Source: an uncultured Pseudomonadales bacterium (GTDB lineage: Bacteria > Pseudomonadota > Gammaproteobacteria > Pseudomonadales > UBA7434). Taken from it: a DNA stretch of 64,000 nucleotides. The stretch spans positions 4,435-68,434 of the forward strand of contig CAJQKT010000036.1 of assembly GCA_905478995.1 (NCBI GenBank), written 5' to 3'. A program made the translations under genes and the position numbers. Of this stretch, positions 38,364-48,798 are shown one piece after another (position 1 is the first letter of the stretch; each line of letters starts with the position of its first letter). The notes below the pieces were generated by a model. It had not been told where the DNA came from. It did no database searches and saw nothing but the letters and a program-made list of their open reading frames with translations.

Positions 38364-40499
38364 TTAAGATCGAGTCCAGCGATGAAATCGAGCAACAAAA
38401 GCCAGCAGCTTTTCTGGCTTGTTAGCTTTGCGCCACTCACCAGCAACAAACTTATTAGCCTCGCCCAGTGTTGGATAAATATGAATTGTGCTTAAAATAT
38501 CGTTGAGCCGCCCGCCTCTTTTCATAGTCGCAATAAACTCATTAAGCAACTCACCGGCGTGATACCCAACGATGGTAGCGCCCAAAATCTTATCATTGCC
38601 TTTAGCCGTAATCACTTTAACAAAACCACGCGCCTCGCCATCAGCTATGGCACGATCAAGATCATCGAGTGAGTACTGCGTAACTTCAAAATTAATTGCT
38701 TGGGCTTTGGCTTCAGTTTCACTTAAACCAACTCGAGCAACCTCAGGATCGGTGAAGGTTGCCCACGGCACAATTGAGTAATCGACCTTAAACATTTTAA
38801 ATCGACCAAACAACGCATTAACCGCCGCATACCAGGCCTGATGCGAAGCCATGTGGGTAAACTGATAGGGACCAGCCACATCGCCTACTGCATAAATATT
38901 AGGATAAGCCGTGCGTAAATATTCGTCCACATCGATAGTTCCATGCTCAGTTAAATCGATACCAAGCGCCTCCAGACCCATATTTTGGGTATTAGCATCG
39001 CGACCCACAGCAAACAAAGCATGACTAAAATCAATACTTCTTTGCTGACCATGGTACTCAGCAACTAACACATGCCCGTGCGCCGATGATTCAAAGCGCT
39101 GCATGGTATGCTCAAATGCAAATTCAATACCTTCCTCTAAAAATTGCTGCATGACGACATCACTAACATCGGCATCTTCGCGCGGCATAATATTTGAATC
39201 GTTTGTGAGTATCGTTACGCGACTACCTAAGCGCGCAAAAGCCTGCGCCAATTCACAGCCAATGGGCCCGGCACCAATAACGAGTAAGTGCTGCGGCTGT
39301 TCACGCAAGCCCCAGATCGTATCCGAATTGTATGCTGCAATGTGCTCAACTCCCGGTATGGCAAGCATGCGTGGCCTGCCGCCTGAGGCAATAACAATAT
39401 TTTGAGTTGTAATGACTTTATCGCCAACCTGCACTTCCCATGGCGAAACAATGACTGCCTCTCCCTGAATGCAATCAACACCCAGCTCGCTATAGCGCTC
39501 AACCGAATCGTGAGGCTCGATAGTAGCGATAGCTCGATGCACACGATCCATTACTGCAGTAAAGTCGGTTTCAACTGGTCCAGTATTGAGGCCAAATTCT
39601 TTAGCTCGGCTAACATAGTGCGCGATTTTGGCTGAGCGCAACAAAGCCTTACTGGGCACACAGCCAGTATTGAGGCAGTCACCGCCCATCTTATCTCTTT
39701 CAATTAACGTAACGCTGGCCTTTACTTGAGCCGCTATATAAGCACTAACTAAGCCGCCGGAGCCCGCGCCAATAACAACCATATTGGTATCAAAGTGTTT
39801 AGGCTTGATATAGCCGGCATAAATACGGCGACCCTTAAAAAAATCCAAACTGCGTTTCGCAAGCAGAGGGAACAGGCCAAGTAAGACAAAAGCTATAACT
39901 AGATTCGAGGTGAGAATTGGCTCGCCCGGCTGCAAATTACCTAGAGCAGTACCGGCATTAACATAGACTGCCGTGCCCGCCAGCATACCTAATTGACTTA
40001 CCCAGTAAAACGTCCAGGTCTTTAAAGAGGTTACACCCATCGCTAAATTAATAAGCGCAGGTGGAAATACTGGAACCAAGCGCAGCGTAAATAAATAAAA
40101 TGCGCCATCTTTTTCAATGCCTTGATCAATAGGCTGCATACGCCGAGCAAATCGCTGCCCCACCCAATCACGCAACAAGTAACGGGCTGCCAAAAAAGCC
40201 ATGGTTGAACCGATGGTGCTAGCAAATGAAACCAAGACTGTGCCCCAAGCCAATCCGAAGACGGCTCCGCCAACGAGCGTCAGAACGGCCCCGACAGGCA
40301 ATGCAAAAGCAAACACCAGCACATATAAAAGAGCATAAAGCATTGCCGCGAGCACAAAGTTTTCATCCACATAGCCAGTAATTAGCTGTTTTTGCTCCAC
40401 AAAATTATCGAGCGAAAAAAGCGTTCCTAAATCAAAAATTAAGTAAGCCGAAATAGCAGCCGCGATAAATATAATTAAAAGAGCTCGAGCCTTGTTCAT
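38364..40499 (-). CDS. fusion of DedA/TVP38-type membrane domain with a pyridine nucleotide-disulfide oxidoreductase (class I flavoprotein disulfide reductase)
   Basis: 711 aa. The N-terminal ~230 aa are polytopic and DedA/TVP38-like. Then come VVIGAGSGG, the redox-active GGDCLNTGCVPSK, an NAD motif LVIGAGPIGCE, and a C-terminal dimerisation domain with HIYPTLGE. Confidence 0.8.
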   Translation of the reverse strand: MNKARALLIIFIAAAISAYLIFDLGTLFSLDNFVEQKQLITGYVDENFVLAAMLYALLYVLVFAFALPVGAVLTLVGGAVFGLAWGTVLVSFASTIGSTMAFLAARYLLRDWVGQRFARRMQPIDQGIEKDGAFYLFTLRLVPVFPPALINLAMGVTSLKTWTFYWVSQLGMLAGTAVYVNAGTALGNLQPGEPILTSNLVIAFVLLGLFPLLAKRSLDFFKGRRIYAGYIKPKHFDTNMVVIGAGSGGLVSAYIAAQVKASVTLIERDKMGGDCLNTGCVPSKALLRSAKIAHYVSRAKEFGLNTGPVETDFTAVMDRVHRAIATIEPHDSVERYSELGVDCIQGEAVIVSPWEVQVGDKVITTQNIVIASGGRPRMLAIPGVEHIAAYNSDTIWGLREQPQHLLVIGAGPIGCELAQAFARLGSRVTILTNDSNIMPREDADVSDVVMQQFLEEGIEFAFEHTMQRFESSAHGHVLVAEYHGQQRSIDFSHALFAVGRDANTQNMGLEALGIDLTEHGTIDVDEYLRTAYPNIYAVGDVAGPYQFTHMASHQAWYAAVNALFGRFKMFKVDYSIVPWATFTDPEVARVGLSETEAKAQAINFEVTQYSLDDLDRAIADGEARGFVKVITAKGNDKILGATIVGYHAGELLNEFIATMKRGGRLNDILSTIHIYPTLGEANKFVAGEWRKANKPEKLLAFVARFHRWTRS

Positions 40500-40825
40500 A
40501 GATTAATAATCCACATTAATGAGGTGCTAGCGCGATTTTTGGTTAGCGATTCTAGGTATATGATCTATCGAATTTCAGGGCCCAAGAACCATCAGCTCTT
40601 AGGCAGGGCAAGCCCTAAAGACCGGCAAACAATGCTTCCTTTAGACAAAAGCAGCCTCTTACAACAATTTTGCACGAGATCGGCAGCTTGGGTTCTATAA
40701 ATGGGATGCATGTGAGCGAGGTAAAGGCTTTTGCAAGTAGGTTATCCAATGATACGATAGCGCCACGGGCTAAGCAGCCAGAACATTGCCTGACTAATAC
40801 CGGTCAGCACCTACGGAGATCCGAA

Positions 40826-41152
40826 ATGAGCAACACCATTGTACACGTTACCGACGACTCTTTTGAGCAAGAGGTAATAAATTCCGAGCTACCTGTACTG
40901 GTTGATTACTGGGCTGAGTGGTGTGGGCCATGCAAAATGATTGCGCCCGTGCTTGAAGAAGTCGCCGCAAACTTTGAAGGCAAACTGAAGGTTTGTAAAA
41001 TAGACGTCGACTCCAATAAAGAGGCGGCAGCAAAATACAATGTTAGGGGCATTCCCACATTGATGGTGTTTAAAGGCGGAGATGCCCAGGCCACAAAGGT
41101 CGGTGCATTATCTAAAACGCAACTTGAAGAGTTTGTAACCGGCGCTATTTAA
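40826..41152 (+). CDS. trxA: thioredoxin
   Basis: 108 aa starting MSNTIVHVTDDSFEQEV with the active site WAEWCGPCK, and GGAGA 7 nt upstream of the ATG. The ORF-track start at 40670 is over-extended. Confidence 0.95.
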   Translation: MSNTIVHVTDDSFEQEVINSELPVLVDYWAEWCGPCKMIAPVLEEVAANFEGKLKVCKIDVDSNKEAAAKYNVRGIPTLMVFKGGDAQATKVGALSKTQLEEFVTGAI

Positions 41153-41163
41153 TGCTTTTCGGC

Positions 41164-41197
41164 ACTGCCCAGCCCGCTGTACTTTGGGTTGGGCAGT
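41164..41197 (+). terminator. 12-bp stem-loop just after trxA (terminator-like, no U tract)
   Basis: ACTGCCCAGCCC (41164-41175) pairs with GGGTTGGGCAGT (41186-41197) with one G-U, around a 10-nt loop, 12 nt after the trxA stop. Confidence 0.4.
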
Positions 41198-41382
41198 CAT
41201 CTAGGCAATAAAACAACCTACCATTGAGTACGCTACCTAATTAACCTCAACAAACCCGTTGAGGCAAATACTCGCCGTGATTATTTACGCTTTTGCGCTG
41301 GACGACCAGTAAAAACGGTGCTAAAGTTCAATCATAACTACATTCTTATAGTTCTTTCCGTTAGTTCGCTCGGCCCCCAACT

Positions 41383-41684
41383 CGCTCTTTTAGCACTTTT
41401 TGAACCGTCTCCTTTTGTTCATTTTCGATGCTAGGCCAAGCGATTAATTTTATTTTGAACCTAGCGTTTCAGCCAACTCTGCACTGCCGTATTTCAGCTT
41501 TTTGCTTGGCGTTGTGGCACTCAATTTCTGACTTCGCTTCGTTTGTATAGATTGAAAGACCCGACAGCTTGCCGATCAAATTAAACCAATCGCGCGGGCA
41601 TGAGAGCAGCGCACGCGGCAAAATTAACCGCTCAACCCATGATGGCAATACCAAACTGTAAATGAACCAAGCGTCAGCCACCAA
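41383..41684 (-). pseudogene. possible relic of an ISL3-family transposase C-terminus
   Basis: The 71-aa ORF reads ...DWFNLIGKLSGLSIYTNEAKSEIECHNAKQKAEIRQCRVG, and read-through of its stop gives NARFKIKLIA. This resembles the ISL3 tail pattern W..I.N.....TN..vEg.NnKiK.iKR..yGfrNf..Fr.Ril as I remember it. There is no room for the rest of the gene before rho. Confidence 0.3.
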
Positions 41685-41790
41685 TAGCGTTTTTATTAAG
41701 CCTTGCTTCGCCGTACGCGCGCAGCCAACTAAATGTCAAAGCCATGCATGATGCGGCATTTTAATTGACCTTTTATTGTAAACCTGCAGG

Positions 41791-41891
41791 CACTAACAAC
41801 TGTCCAAGCACCGATCTTTAAGTACCCGAAAAATTAATCACCTATTTTTAAACATCTAAATTAAACAACCACAGATGAAAGCATACAAACC
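41791..41891 (+). promoter_or_regulatory. C-rich, G-poor rho leader (rut-like, possible autoregulatory attenuation region)
   Basis: A hand count of 41791-41890 gives about 25 C against 8 G, immediately upstream of the rho ATG. Rho is known to attenuate its own leader in E. coli. Confidence 0.3.
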
Positions 41892-43172
41892 ATGAACCTA
41901 ACCGATCTTAAAAATAAGCCCATATCAGACCTCGTCAAAATAGCCGAAGAAATGGGATTAGATAATGTTGCCCGCTCACGCAAGCAAGATATTATTTTTT
42001 CAATTTTGAAAAAGCACGCAAAAAGTGGCGAAGATATTTCTGGCGATGGCGTGTTAGAAATTTTACAAGATGGCTTTGGCTTTTTACGCTCAGGCGATAG
42101 CTCATACTTAGCCGGGCCCGACGATATTTATGTCTCACCTAGTCAAATCCGACGATTCAATTTGCGCACGGGCGACACGGTAGCCGGAAAGATTCGCCCA
42201 CCCAAAGATGGCGAGCGCTATTTTGCGCTACTAAAAGTTAACGAAATCAATTTCGACAAGCCTGACAACTCAAAACAAAAAATACTGTTTGAAAACTTAA
42301 CACCTTTATTTCCTGATGAGCGGCTTACTTTAGAGGCCGGAAATGGCAGCACAGAGGATCTTTCTGGCCGCATTATTGATTTGAGTGCACCGATAGGTAA
42401 AGGTCAGCGCGGGCTTATTGTTTCGCCGCCAAAAGCCGGTAAAACGCTTATTTTACAGCATATGGCACAGGCAATTATCCGCAATGATCCCGAGTGTTAT
42501 GTCATCGTATTATTAATCGATGAGCGCCCAGAAGAGGTTACAGAAATGGTTCGCTCTGTGCGGGCCGCCGAAGTTATTGCCAGTACCTTTGATGAGCCGC
42601 CAGCACGACATGTCCAAGTAGCCGAAATGGTTATCGAAAAAGCCAAGCGGCTAACTGAGCACAAAAAAAATGTAGTCATCTTACTCGACTCTATTACTCG
42701 ACTTGCGCGAGCCTATAACACAATCATTCCCTCATCTGGCAAAGTGCTCACCGGTGGTGTTGATGCTCACGCCCTAGAGCGACCCAAACGTTTTTTTGGT
42801 GCCGCACGAAATATTGAAGAAGGTGGCAGCCTGACTATCATTGCCACTGCTTTAATCGATACCGGCTCAAAAATGGACGAGGTGATTTACGAAGAGTTTA
42901 AGGGCACAGGCAACATGGAATTGCACCTTGATCGGAAAATTGCCGAGAAAAGAGTCTATCCTGCAATCAATATCCGCCGCTCAGGTACGCGCCGAGAAGA
43001 GTTGTTGACTTCGGACGAAGAGCTGCAGCATATGTGGATTTTACGCAAGCTACTGCATTCAATGGAAGACACTGCCGCGATTGAATTTCTAATTGACAAG
43101 CTCAAAGACACCAAAACAAACGATGAATTTTTCAAATCGATGAAACGACAAAAAACCGGGAAAATAACCTAG
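41892..43172 (+). CDS. rho: transcription termination factor Rho
   Basis: 426 aa with [23 protein letters not shown], the Walker A motif PPKAGKT, and [24 protein letters not shown]. Confidence 0.97.
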   Translation: MNLTDLKNKPISDLVKIAEEMGLDNVARSRKQDIIFSILKKHAKSGEDISGDGVLEILQDGFGFLRSGDSSYLAGPDDIYVSPSQIRRFNLRTGDTVAGKIRPPKDGERYFALLKVNEINFDKPDNSKQKILFENLTPLFPDERLTLEAGNGSTEDLSGRIIDLSAPIGKGQRGLIVSPPKAGKTLILQHMAQAIIRNDPECYVIVLLIDERPEEVTEMVRSVRAAEVIASTFDEPPARHVQVAEMVIEKAKRLTEHKKNVVILLDSITRLARAYNTIIPSSGKVLTGGVDAHALERPKRFFGAARNIEEGGSLTIIATALIDTGSKMDEVIYEEFKGTGNMELHLDRKIAEKRVYPAINIRRSGTRREELLTSDEELQHMWILRKLLHSMEDTAAIEFLIDKLKDTKTNDEFFKSMKRQKTGKIT

Positions 43173-43185
43173 GCATCAATACTGC

Positions 43186-43728
43186 CTACAAATTAAAAAA
43201 TTTACCCCGGTAGTATCGTAATTCTTCGATTGAGTCTTTGATATCGTCAAGCGCAAGATGACTCGATTTCTTCTTCATGCCGTTGAGCACTTCTGGCTTC
43301 CAGCGGCGAGCAAGCTCCTTAAGCGTACTGACGTCTAAATTTCTATAATGAAAAAAAGCTTCTAGCTTGGGCATATAACGAGCCATGAATCGTCTATCTT
43401 GGCAAATACTATTCCCACACATAGGCGAATGGCCCGCTTCCAGATGCTTTTGTAAAAACTTCAACGTTTGCTGCTCAGCATCTGCCATGCTAATTTGACT
43501 CTCACGCACGCGCTGCGTAAGGCCTGACCCACCATGCTGGCGGGTGTTCCATTCGTCCATGCCAGCGAGCCTTTCATCAGACTGGTGAATAGCCAACATG
43601 GGACCTTCGGCAATTGTTCTAAGATCGGCGTCAGTGACAATTGTGGCAATCTCGATGATGACATCTTGCTCGGGCGAAAGGCCCGTCATTTCGAGATCGA
43701 TCCAGATTAAACGATTTAGTTCTTGCAT
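43186..43728 (-). CDS. orn: oligoribonuclease
   Basis: 180 aa with [11 protein letters not shown] (DEDD exonuclease motif I) and [18 protein letters not shown] at the C-terminus. Confidence 0.93.
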   Translation of the reverse strand: MQELNRLIWIDLEMTGLSPEQDVIIEIATIVTDADLRTIAEGPMLAIHQSDERLAGMDEWNTRQHGGSGLTQRVRESQISMADAEQQTLKFLQKHLEAGHSPMCGNSICQDRRFMARYMPKLEAFFHYRNLDVSTLKELARRWKPEVLNGMKKKSSHLALDDIKDSIEELRYYRGKFFNL

Positions 43729-43974
43729 ACTCTGCTGCTCCTACTTAACAACGTCAATTATAGCCATGCTTGAGAACGGCATTTAAGTGCATAATATAAC
43801 TATTGGTAGGCTTTGTATTAGCATGCAATAGCGAATGTAAAACAATGCGGGTAATAAACATAATGATGGGCGAACTACTGGGTGTTTATCATGCTCGCCA
43901 TGACATAAATACTTGCGCGTGCCTAGTGGCTTGCAAAAGTTCGCCCGAAACATCCATATATTTTTCGTCAAAAA

Positions 43975-45030
43975 ATGAGTCCCATGGCAAAACGTAAGCT
44001 CAACAAACAACAACGCACTCGAATAGCTGAGAATCATGACGCTGCACTAGCTGATACCAGTGATTGCTTGCCTGGGGTTATAGCCGTGCACTACGGTAAT
44101 GAAGTTGAAGTCGTAGCGGCGAGTGACGGCAAGCCAATCAACATCGATACCTTGTTTCGCTGCCATGTTCGAGCCAATCTACCTGCCATCGTATGTGGCG
44201 ATCATGTGTTGTGGCGTCCTGCTGAAAAACATGCCGAAAGCGGCGTTATTGAGGCGCTAGAAAAGCGCACATCCGTCATCAGCCGACCCCGCCCCTACCA
44301 CGACCCAAAACCGGTTGCCGCCAATATCGATCTCATTCTTTTAGTGATAGCCCCACAACCAGAGCCCATTATTAACTTAATTGATCGCTATCTTATTGCC
44401 GCAGAGAACTCCGGCATTGACGCCGCGCTACTGATCAATAAAACAGATTTGCTCAGTGAACCGAGCAGTGCGGAAGCCCTGGCCGAATTAAATGGTTTAG
44501 TTGATTTATATCTCAGCCTCGGCTATCCGGTCTATCAGTACCAATCGAATGATAACGGCGCGCCAGACACCGCCCACCTACCCTCAGCAAAAACCTTCGA
44601 ACTCAATGAAGTGCTAGGCGGAAAAACCTCAATTTTGGTGGGCCAATCAGGCGTTGGCAAGTCGTCCATCATTAACAAGCTTAGCGGTCACATGGTGGCG
44701 AATATTGGGCAGATTTCGCAGGCCAACGAAAAAGGACGCCATACCACCACTAACGCACAACTCTATTTTTTAGATACCGACGAATCTGATCAAATAAGCG
44801 CGATCATTGATTCGCCCGGTATACGCGAATTTGCATTGTGGCATTTGAGTCACGACGATATTATTGACGGGCTAGGCGAATTTCGTGAACATGCTGGTCG
44901 CTGCCGTTTTCGCGACTGTGAACATGGCGTCAGTGCTGGCTGTGCTTTGCAGCAAGCCTTCGACAATGGTGACATTCATCCCTACCGAGTTGCTAGCTAC
45001 AAACATATACTTGAATCGCAAAAAAAGTGA
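43975..45030 (+). CDS. rsgA: ribosome small-subunit-dependent GTPase A
   Basis: 351 aa with circularly permuted GTPase motifs (LINKTDL ... GQSGVGKSS) and a C-terminal zinc knuckle (CRFRDCEH...GC). It is divergent from orn, as in E. coli and Pseudomonas. Confidence 0.9.
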   Translation: MSPMAKRKLNKQQRTRIAENHDAALADTSDCLPGVIAVHYGNEVEVVAASDGKPINIDTLFRCHVRANLPAIVCGDHVLWRPAEKHAESGVIEALEKRTSVISRPRPYHDPKPVAANIDLILLVIAPQPEPIINLIDRYLIAAENSGIDAALLINKTDLLSEPSSAEALAELNGLVDLYLSLGYPVYQYQSNDNGAPDTAHLPSAKTFELNEVLGGKTSILVGQSGVGKSSIINKLSGHMVANIGQISQANEKGRHTTTNAQLYFLDTDESDQISAIIDSPGIREFALWHLSHDDIIDGLGEFREHAGRCRFRDCEHGVSAGCALQQAFDNGDIHPYRVASYKHILESQKK

Positions 45031-45081
45031 ACACCAAAGCTCTGCCTCGCCAATGTATCAAACCAACCACAATGACAACGA

Positions 45082-45927
45082 ATGAAGAACGCTAATATGA
45101 CCTCTACATATCCAGATGATCTAATGCTTCAGCCTCAACAAGTTGCAACCTTACTCGAAGACAATGCCAATGCGAAAATCCTCCCTGTATTTGTGGGTAG
45201 TGAGGCCGCATTCCAACAGGCGCATTTGCCCGGCTCAATACAAATAGAACCGGCTGCACTCGTGTGCGGCATTGCGCCAGCTCATGGAAAAATACCTGAT
45301 GTTGACGACTTAACTCACCTGTTCCGTCAAATGGGGCTGACTCCCGATACCACAATTATCGCTTATGATGATGAAGGTGGCGGCTGGGCCGGTCGATTGA
45401 TTTGGACGCTCGATATTATTGGCCATGCTCATTACCATTATCTTGATGGTGGCATTCATTCGTGGTTAGCCGCCCAACTGCCCATTGAGCAAGGGCGAGC
45501 AACTGAGCGCACTCATACAGAATATAGCTTCGCTTTGAATACGCAGAAAATAGTCACGGCTGAGCAGTTGATCAATTTACTGCATGATCAATCAATTGAT
45601 GTTTGGGATGCTCGCTCAGCACCTGAATATAATGGCGAAAAAATTATTGCCGCCCGTGGCGGACATATGCCCGGCGCTGTCAACTTAGATTGGCTAGAAC
45701 TTATGGATCGCAGTAACGCACTGCGACTAAAACCATTAGATAGCATACGCGCCACACTTGGTGCTCGAGGCATTAGTGGCACAAAGCCCATCGTCACTCA
45801 TTGCCAAACGCATCATCGCTCTGGGCTGACTTATTTGGTAGGAAAGCTACTAGGCTGGAATATTCGCGCTTACGATGGTTCATGGTCTGAATGGGGCAAC
45901 CGCAACGACACTCCCATCGCAAGATAA
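45082..45927 (+). CDS. tandem-rhodanese thiosulfate sulfurtransferase (RhdA-like)
   Basis: 281 aa with two rhodanese modules. The active-site loop HCQTHHRSG is the type recalled from Azotobacter RhdA. It lies upstream of psd, as in Pseudomonas. Confidence 0.8.
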   Translation: MKNANMTSTYPDDLMLQPQQVATLLEDNANAKILPVFVGSEAAFQQAHLPGSIQIEPAALVCGIAPAHGKIPDVDDLTHLFRQMGLTPDTTIIAYDDEGGGWAGRLIWTLDIIGHAHYHYLDGGIHSWLAAQLPIEQGRATERTHTEYSFALNTQKIVTAEQLINLLHDQSIDVWDARSAPEYNGEKIIAARGGHMPGAVNLDWLELMDRSNALRLKPLDSIRATLGARGISGTKPIVTHCQTHHRSGLTYLVGKLLGWNIRAYDGSWSEWGNRNDTPIAR

Positions 45928-45996
45928 GTATTGCAATTAAACACTTAAAGCCAACACCTGCCTAACATCATCAATACGATACGTGAGCATCACCCT

Positions 45997-46854
45997 ATGA
46001 GTATTTTAGATAGACTCTTCATATTGCTACAGCATTGCATGCCCCAGCAATTATTATCTCGGCTGACTGGCCTTCTCGCTGATATTGAAACCCAATGGAT
46101 AAAAAACTTTCTTATTAAAACATTTATTGCCCAATACAAAGTAGATATGTCCGAAGCTCAATATGCTGACGCAGCTCAATATACATCGTTTAATGAGTTC
46201 TTCACCCGCTCACTAAAAAGTGGGCTGCGCCCAGTTGACCCTGCTGTTTCAAGTATTGTGTCTCCAGCCGATGGCGTTGTTAGTGAAGCTGGTCTCATCG
46301 ATAAGACCACATTGCTCCAAGCCAAAGGCCAGCACTATGATTTACAGATGTTACTCGGGGGCGACGCTGTACTTGCCAAACCATTCGAGAACGGATCTTT
46401 CGCCACAATTTATTTATCGCCGAAGGACTACCATCGAGTACATATGCCAGCACAAGGAACATTACTTAAAAGCATTTACGTTCCCGGCGAACTTTTTTCG
46501 GTCAACCAAACTACAGCTAATTATGTGCCTCAGCTATTTGCACGCAATGAGCGTCTCATATGCTTTTTTGATGGTCCTAACGGAGCCTTTGTGGTGATCT
46601 TAGTGGGTGCTTTAATTGTTGCTGGTATTGAAACCGTCTGGAGCGGACAGGTAGCACCAAAAAGTAAAACAATTTGCACTACTGATTATTCGCAAGCCAT
46701 TACATTGAATCGCGGCGATGAAATGGGACGATTCAAACTGGGTTCGACAGTGATTTTATTATTTCCTGAAAAAAGTGCCGCGTGGAGCGATGAAATTATT
46801 GCCGGCCACGAAGTAAAAATGGGAAGTCGCATTGGCTCAATGCTCGCTCAATAA
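45997..46854 (+). CDS. psd: phosphatidylserine decarboxylase proenzyme
   Basis: 285 aa with the self-cleavage motif FKLGSTVILLF and the conserved YHRVHMP. Confidence 0.93.
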   Translation: MSILDRLFILLQHCMPQQLLSRLTGLLADIETQWIKNFLIKTFIAQYKVDMSEAQYADAAQYTSFNEFFTRSLKSGLRPVDPAVSSIVSPADGVVSEAGLIDKTTLLQAKGQHYDLQMLLGGDAVLAKPFENGSFATIYLSPKDYHRVHMPAQGTLLKSIYVPGELFSVNQTTANYVPQLFARNERLICFFDGPNGAFVVILVGALIVAGIETVWSGQVAPKSKTICTTDYSQAITLNRGDEMGRFKLGSTVILLFPEKSAAWSDEIIAGHEVKMGSRIGSMLAQ

Positions 46855-46888
46855 TGGCCCTAACAGCCAACCTGTCTAACTTAGACTG

Positions 46889-47854
46889 CTACGCGAATAA
46901 CATTAAACGATCTACCCCAAGAGCAACACCTGCGCAACTAGGCATTTCTGGCTTGCTCAGGGCCTCGAGTAGGTCGACATCAATGTCCATGCAGGGTAGC
47001 CCCCGCTCACGCCTAACCAGATTATCGTGCTCAAAGCGTTGCTGCTGAATAACGGGGTTAGTTAACTCCTGATAACCGTTCGCCAACTCGACGCCGTCAA
47101 TATAAAGTTCGAATCGTGCGGCCACTTTTGTGCCATAAGGATCGAAGACCAGCTCGGCCATTGCTGCCTGGCTAGGGGGATAGCTATGCAATACTGTAAA
47201 CTTTTCGCACCCTAAATGAGGTTCAATTAAGTGCGTAAGTAATAAATCCAACCAGACGTCATCACTGTCATCGACAAAGTCCACCGATATCTTTTGATGA
47301 GCAACTTCGCGCAACGCTGACCCCGTTATATTAAATGGATCAACACCTACATAACGTAGAAATGCTTCTCGATAACTAAGTATTTCAGCCGGCCGATTGG
47401 CAATAACACTACCAACAAGACGAAGCGTATCATCAATAATCTGAGCCAATGAAAAATCAATTCGGTACCATTCGAGGATTGAAAATTCAGCAGCATGTAA
47501 ACGGCCTGGCTGATCTCGCCTAAAAGCCTTGCCTAACTGAAAAATACTGCCGCTATTCATAGACAGCAATTGCTTCATTCCCGACTCAGGTGACGTTTGC
47601 AAATACAGCGGCTGCGAGCCAGCCATATCTTGGCCGCAACCAACAGACAACGACTCAGGGTTTTCTACACAAAAGCTATTTATCTGGGGGTCGCTGCTTG
47701 CATAGCGGCAAAGCAGTGGCGTCGTCACCTCGAGAACTTGTGCACTAGTAAAGTACTCTCGAATTTTAGCTAGAAGATCCGCACGCTTTTTTAGTTGCAG
47801 GCGAGCAGAGTTGAGATTGAGTCCGGCAGGATCCGCACCTGTAAGCAATATCAT
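46889..47854 (-). CDS. epmA: EF-P (R)-beta-lysine ligase (class II LysRS paralogue)
   Basis: 321 aa resembling a truncated LysRS catalytic core (FRRDQPGRLHAAEFSILEWY, GVALGVDRLML), adjacent to efp. Confidence 0.88.
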   Translation of the reverse strand: MILLTGADPAGLNLNSARLQLKKRADLLAKIREYFTSAQVLEVTTPLLCRYASSDPQINSFCVENPESLSVGCGQDMAGSQPLYLQTSPESGMKQLLSMNSGSIFQLGKAFRRDQPGRLHAAEFSILEWYRIDFSLAQIIDDTLRLVGSVIANRPAEILSYREAFLRYVGVDPFNITGSALREVAHQKISVDFVDDSDDVWLDLLLTHLIEPHLGCEKFTVLHSYPPSQAAMAELVFDPYGTKVAARFELYIDGVELANGYQELTNPVIQQQRFEHDNLVRRERGLPCMDIDVDLLEALSKPEMPSCAGVALGVDRLMLFA

Positions 47855-48002
47855 TGTAGTGTTTAACGCCTATTTTGAATGCAGCTGTAATCTGCTTTAA
47901 TGCGCTGCACCGAAAAGCCCCACGTTACTGGTTTGATGAAGTCTACCCGTAGACCCAACACTCAACTGCTTATCATGAGCATGTGGCACGCCATGAAAAG
48001 TA

Positions 48003-48566
48003 TTAAGCGCGAGAAACGTAGGCACCCGTGCGCGTATCAATTTTTAAAATATCGCTCTCTTCAATAAACAAAGGCACTCGAACCACCGCACCCGTTACTA
48101 AGGTGGCCGGCTTAGTACCGCCCTGCGCTGTATCGCCTTTTAAACCAGGATCAGTTTCGGTAACCGCGAGCTCCACAAAGTTTGGCGGCGTTACGGTAAG
48201 AGGCGCCCCATTCCATAAGGTAACAATGCATTTGTCCTGCTCTTTAAGCCATTGACGCGCATCCTCGACCGCACTGGCTGAGGCCGGGAGTTGCTCGAAA
48301 GTATTGGGGTCCATGAAATACCAAAATTCGCCGTCGTTATAAAGATATTCCATATCCGTATCATGCACATCGGCAGCCTCGACGCTCTCTCCGGACTTAA
48401 AGGTTTTTTCCCAAGCACGACCAGTTTTAAGGTTTTTCAACCTAACCCGGTTGAACGCCTGACCCTTGCCAGGCTTAACCACTTCATTATCGACAATATT
48501 ACACGGGTCTCCTTCGATAATTATTTTTAAGCCATTTTTGAATTCATTGGTAGAATAGTTGCCCAT
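48003..48566 (-). CDS. efp: elongation factor P
   Basis: Starts [15 protein letters not shown]. The KPGKGQAF loop carries the Lys34-equivalent residue. The ORF-track start is 4 codons longer. Confidence 0.95.
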   Translation of the reverse strand: MGNYSTNEFKNGLKIIIEGDPCNIVDNEVVKPGKGQAFNRVRLKNLKTGRAWEKTFKSGESVEAADVHDTDMEYLYNDGEFWYFMDPNTFEQLPASASAVEDARQWLKEQDKCIVTLWNGAPLTVTPPNFVELAVTETDPGLKGDTAQGGTKPATLVTGAVVRVPLFIEESDILKIDTRTGAYVSRA

Positions 48567-48798
48567 TGAGCGCCCCATTTAATATATGCAGTTTTTTGCT
48601 CGCAAATGCCAAGCAAAGTTATTGTAATCATGTTGTACCAAGCTGCGAGTTGCAGATGGCACCGTGCGTCATACTTTTAGGTGGTCATAACTCTTAATTC
48701 AAGCGACTATAGCGGCCCATGCTGCCAACGTCACCTCGAATTATCCGAACCCAAAAGCGTAATTTTATGGCAGTTCTCTTTAATATGCGAGTGAACCT

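Noticed and set aside
40670-40825. Long N-terminal extensions in the ORF track for trxA, the WD40 gene, arsM, typA, the SNF transporter, PCuAC and the TPR lipoprotein.
   Set aside because: Internal starts reproduce canonical family N-termini or signal peptides, several with a GGAG-type Shine-Dalgarno sequence. The extensions have no family counterpart.
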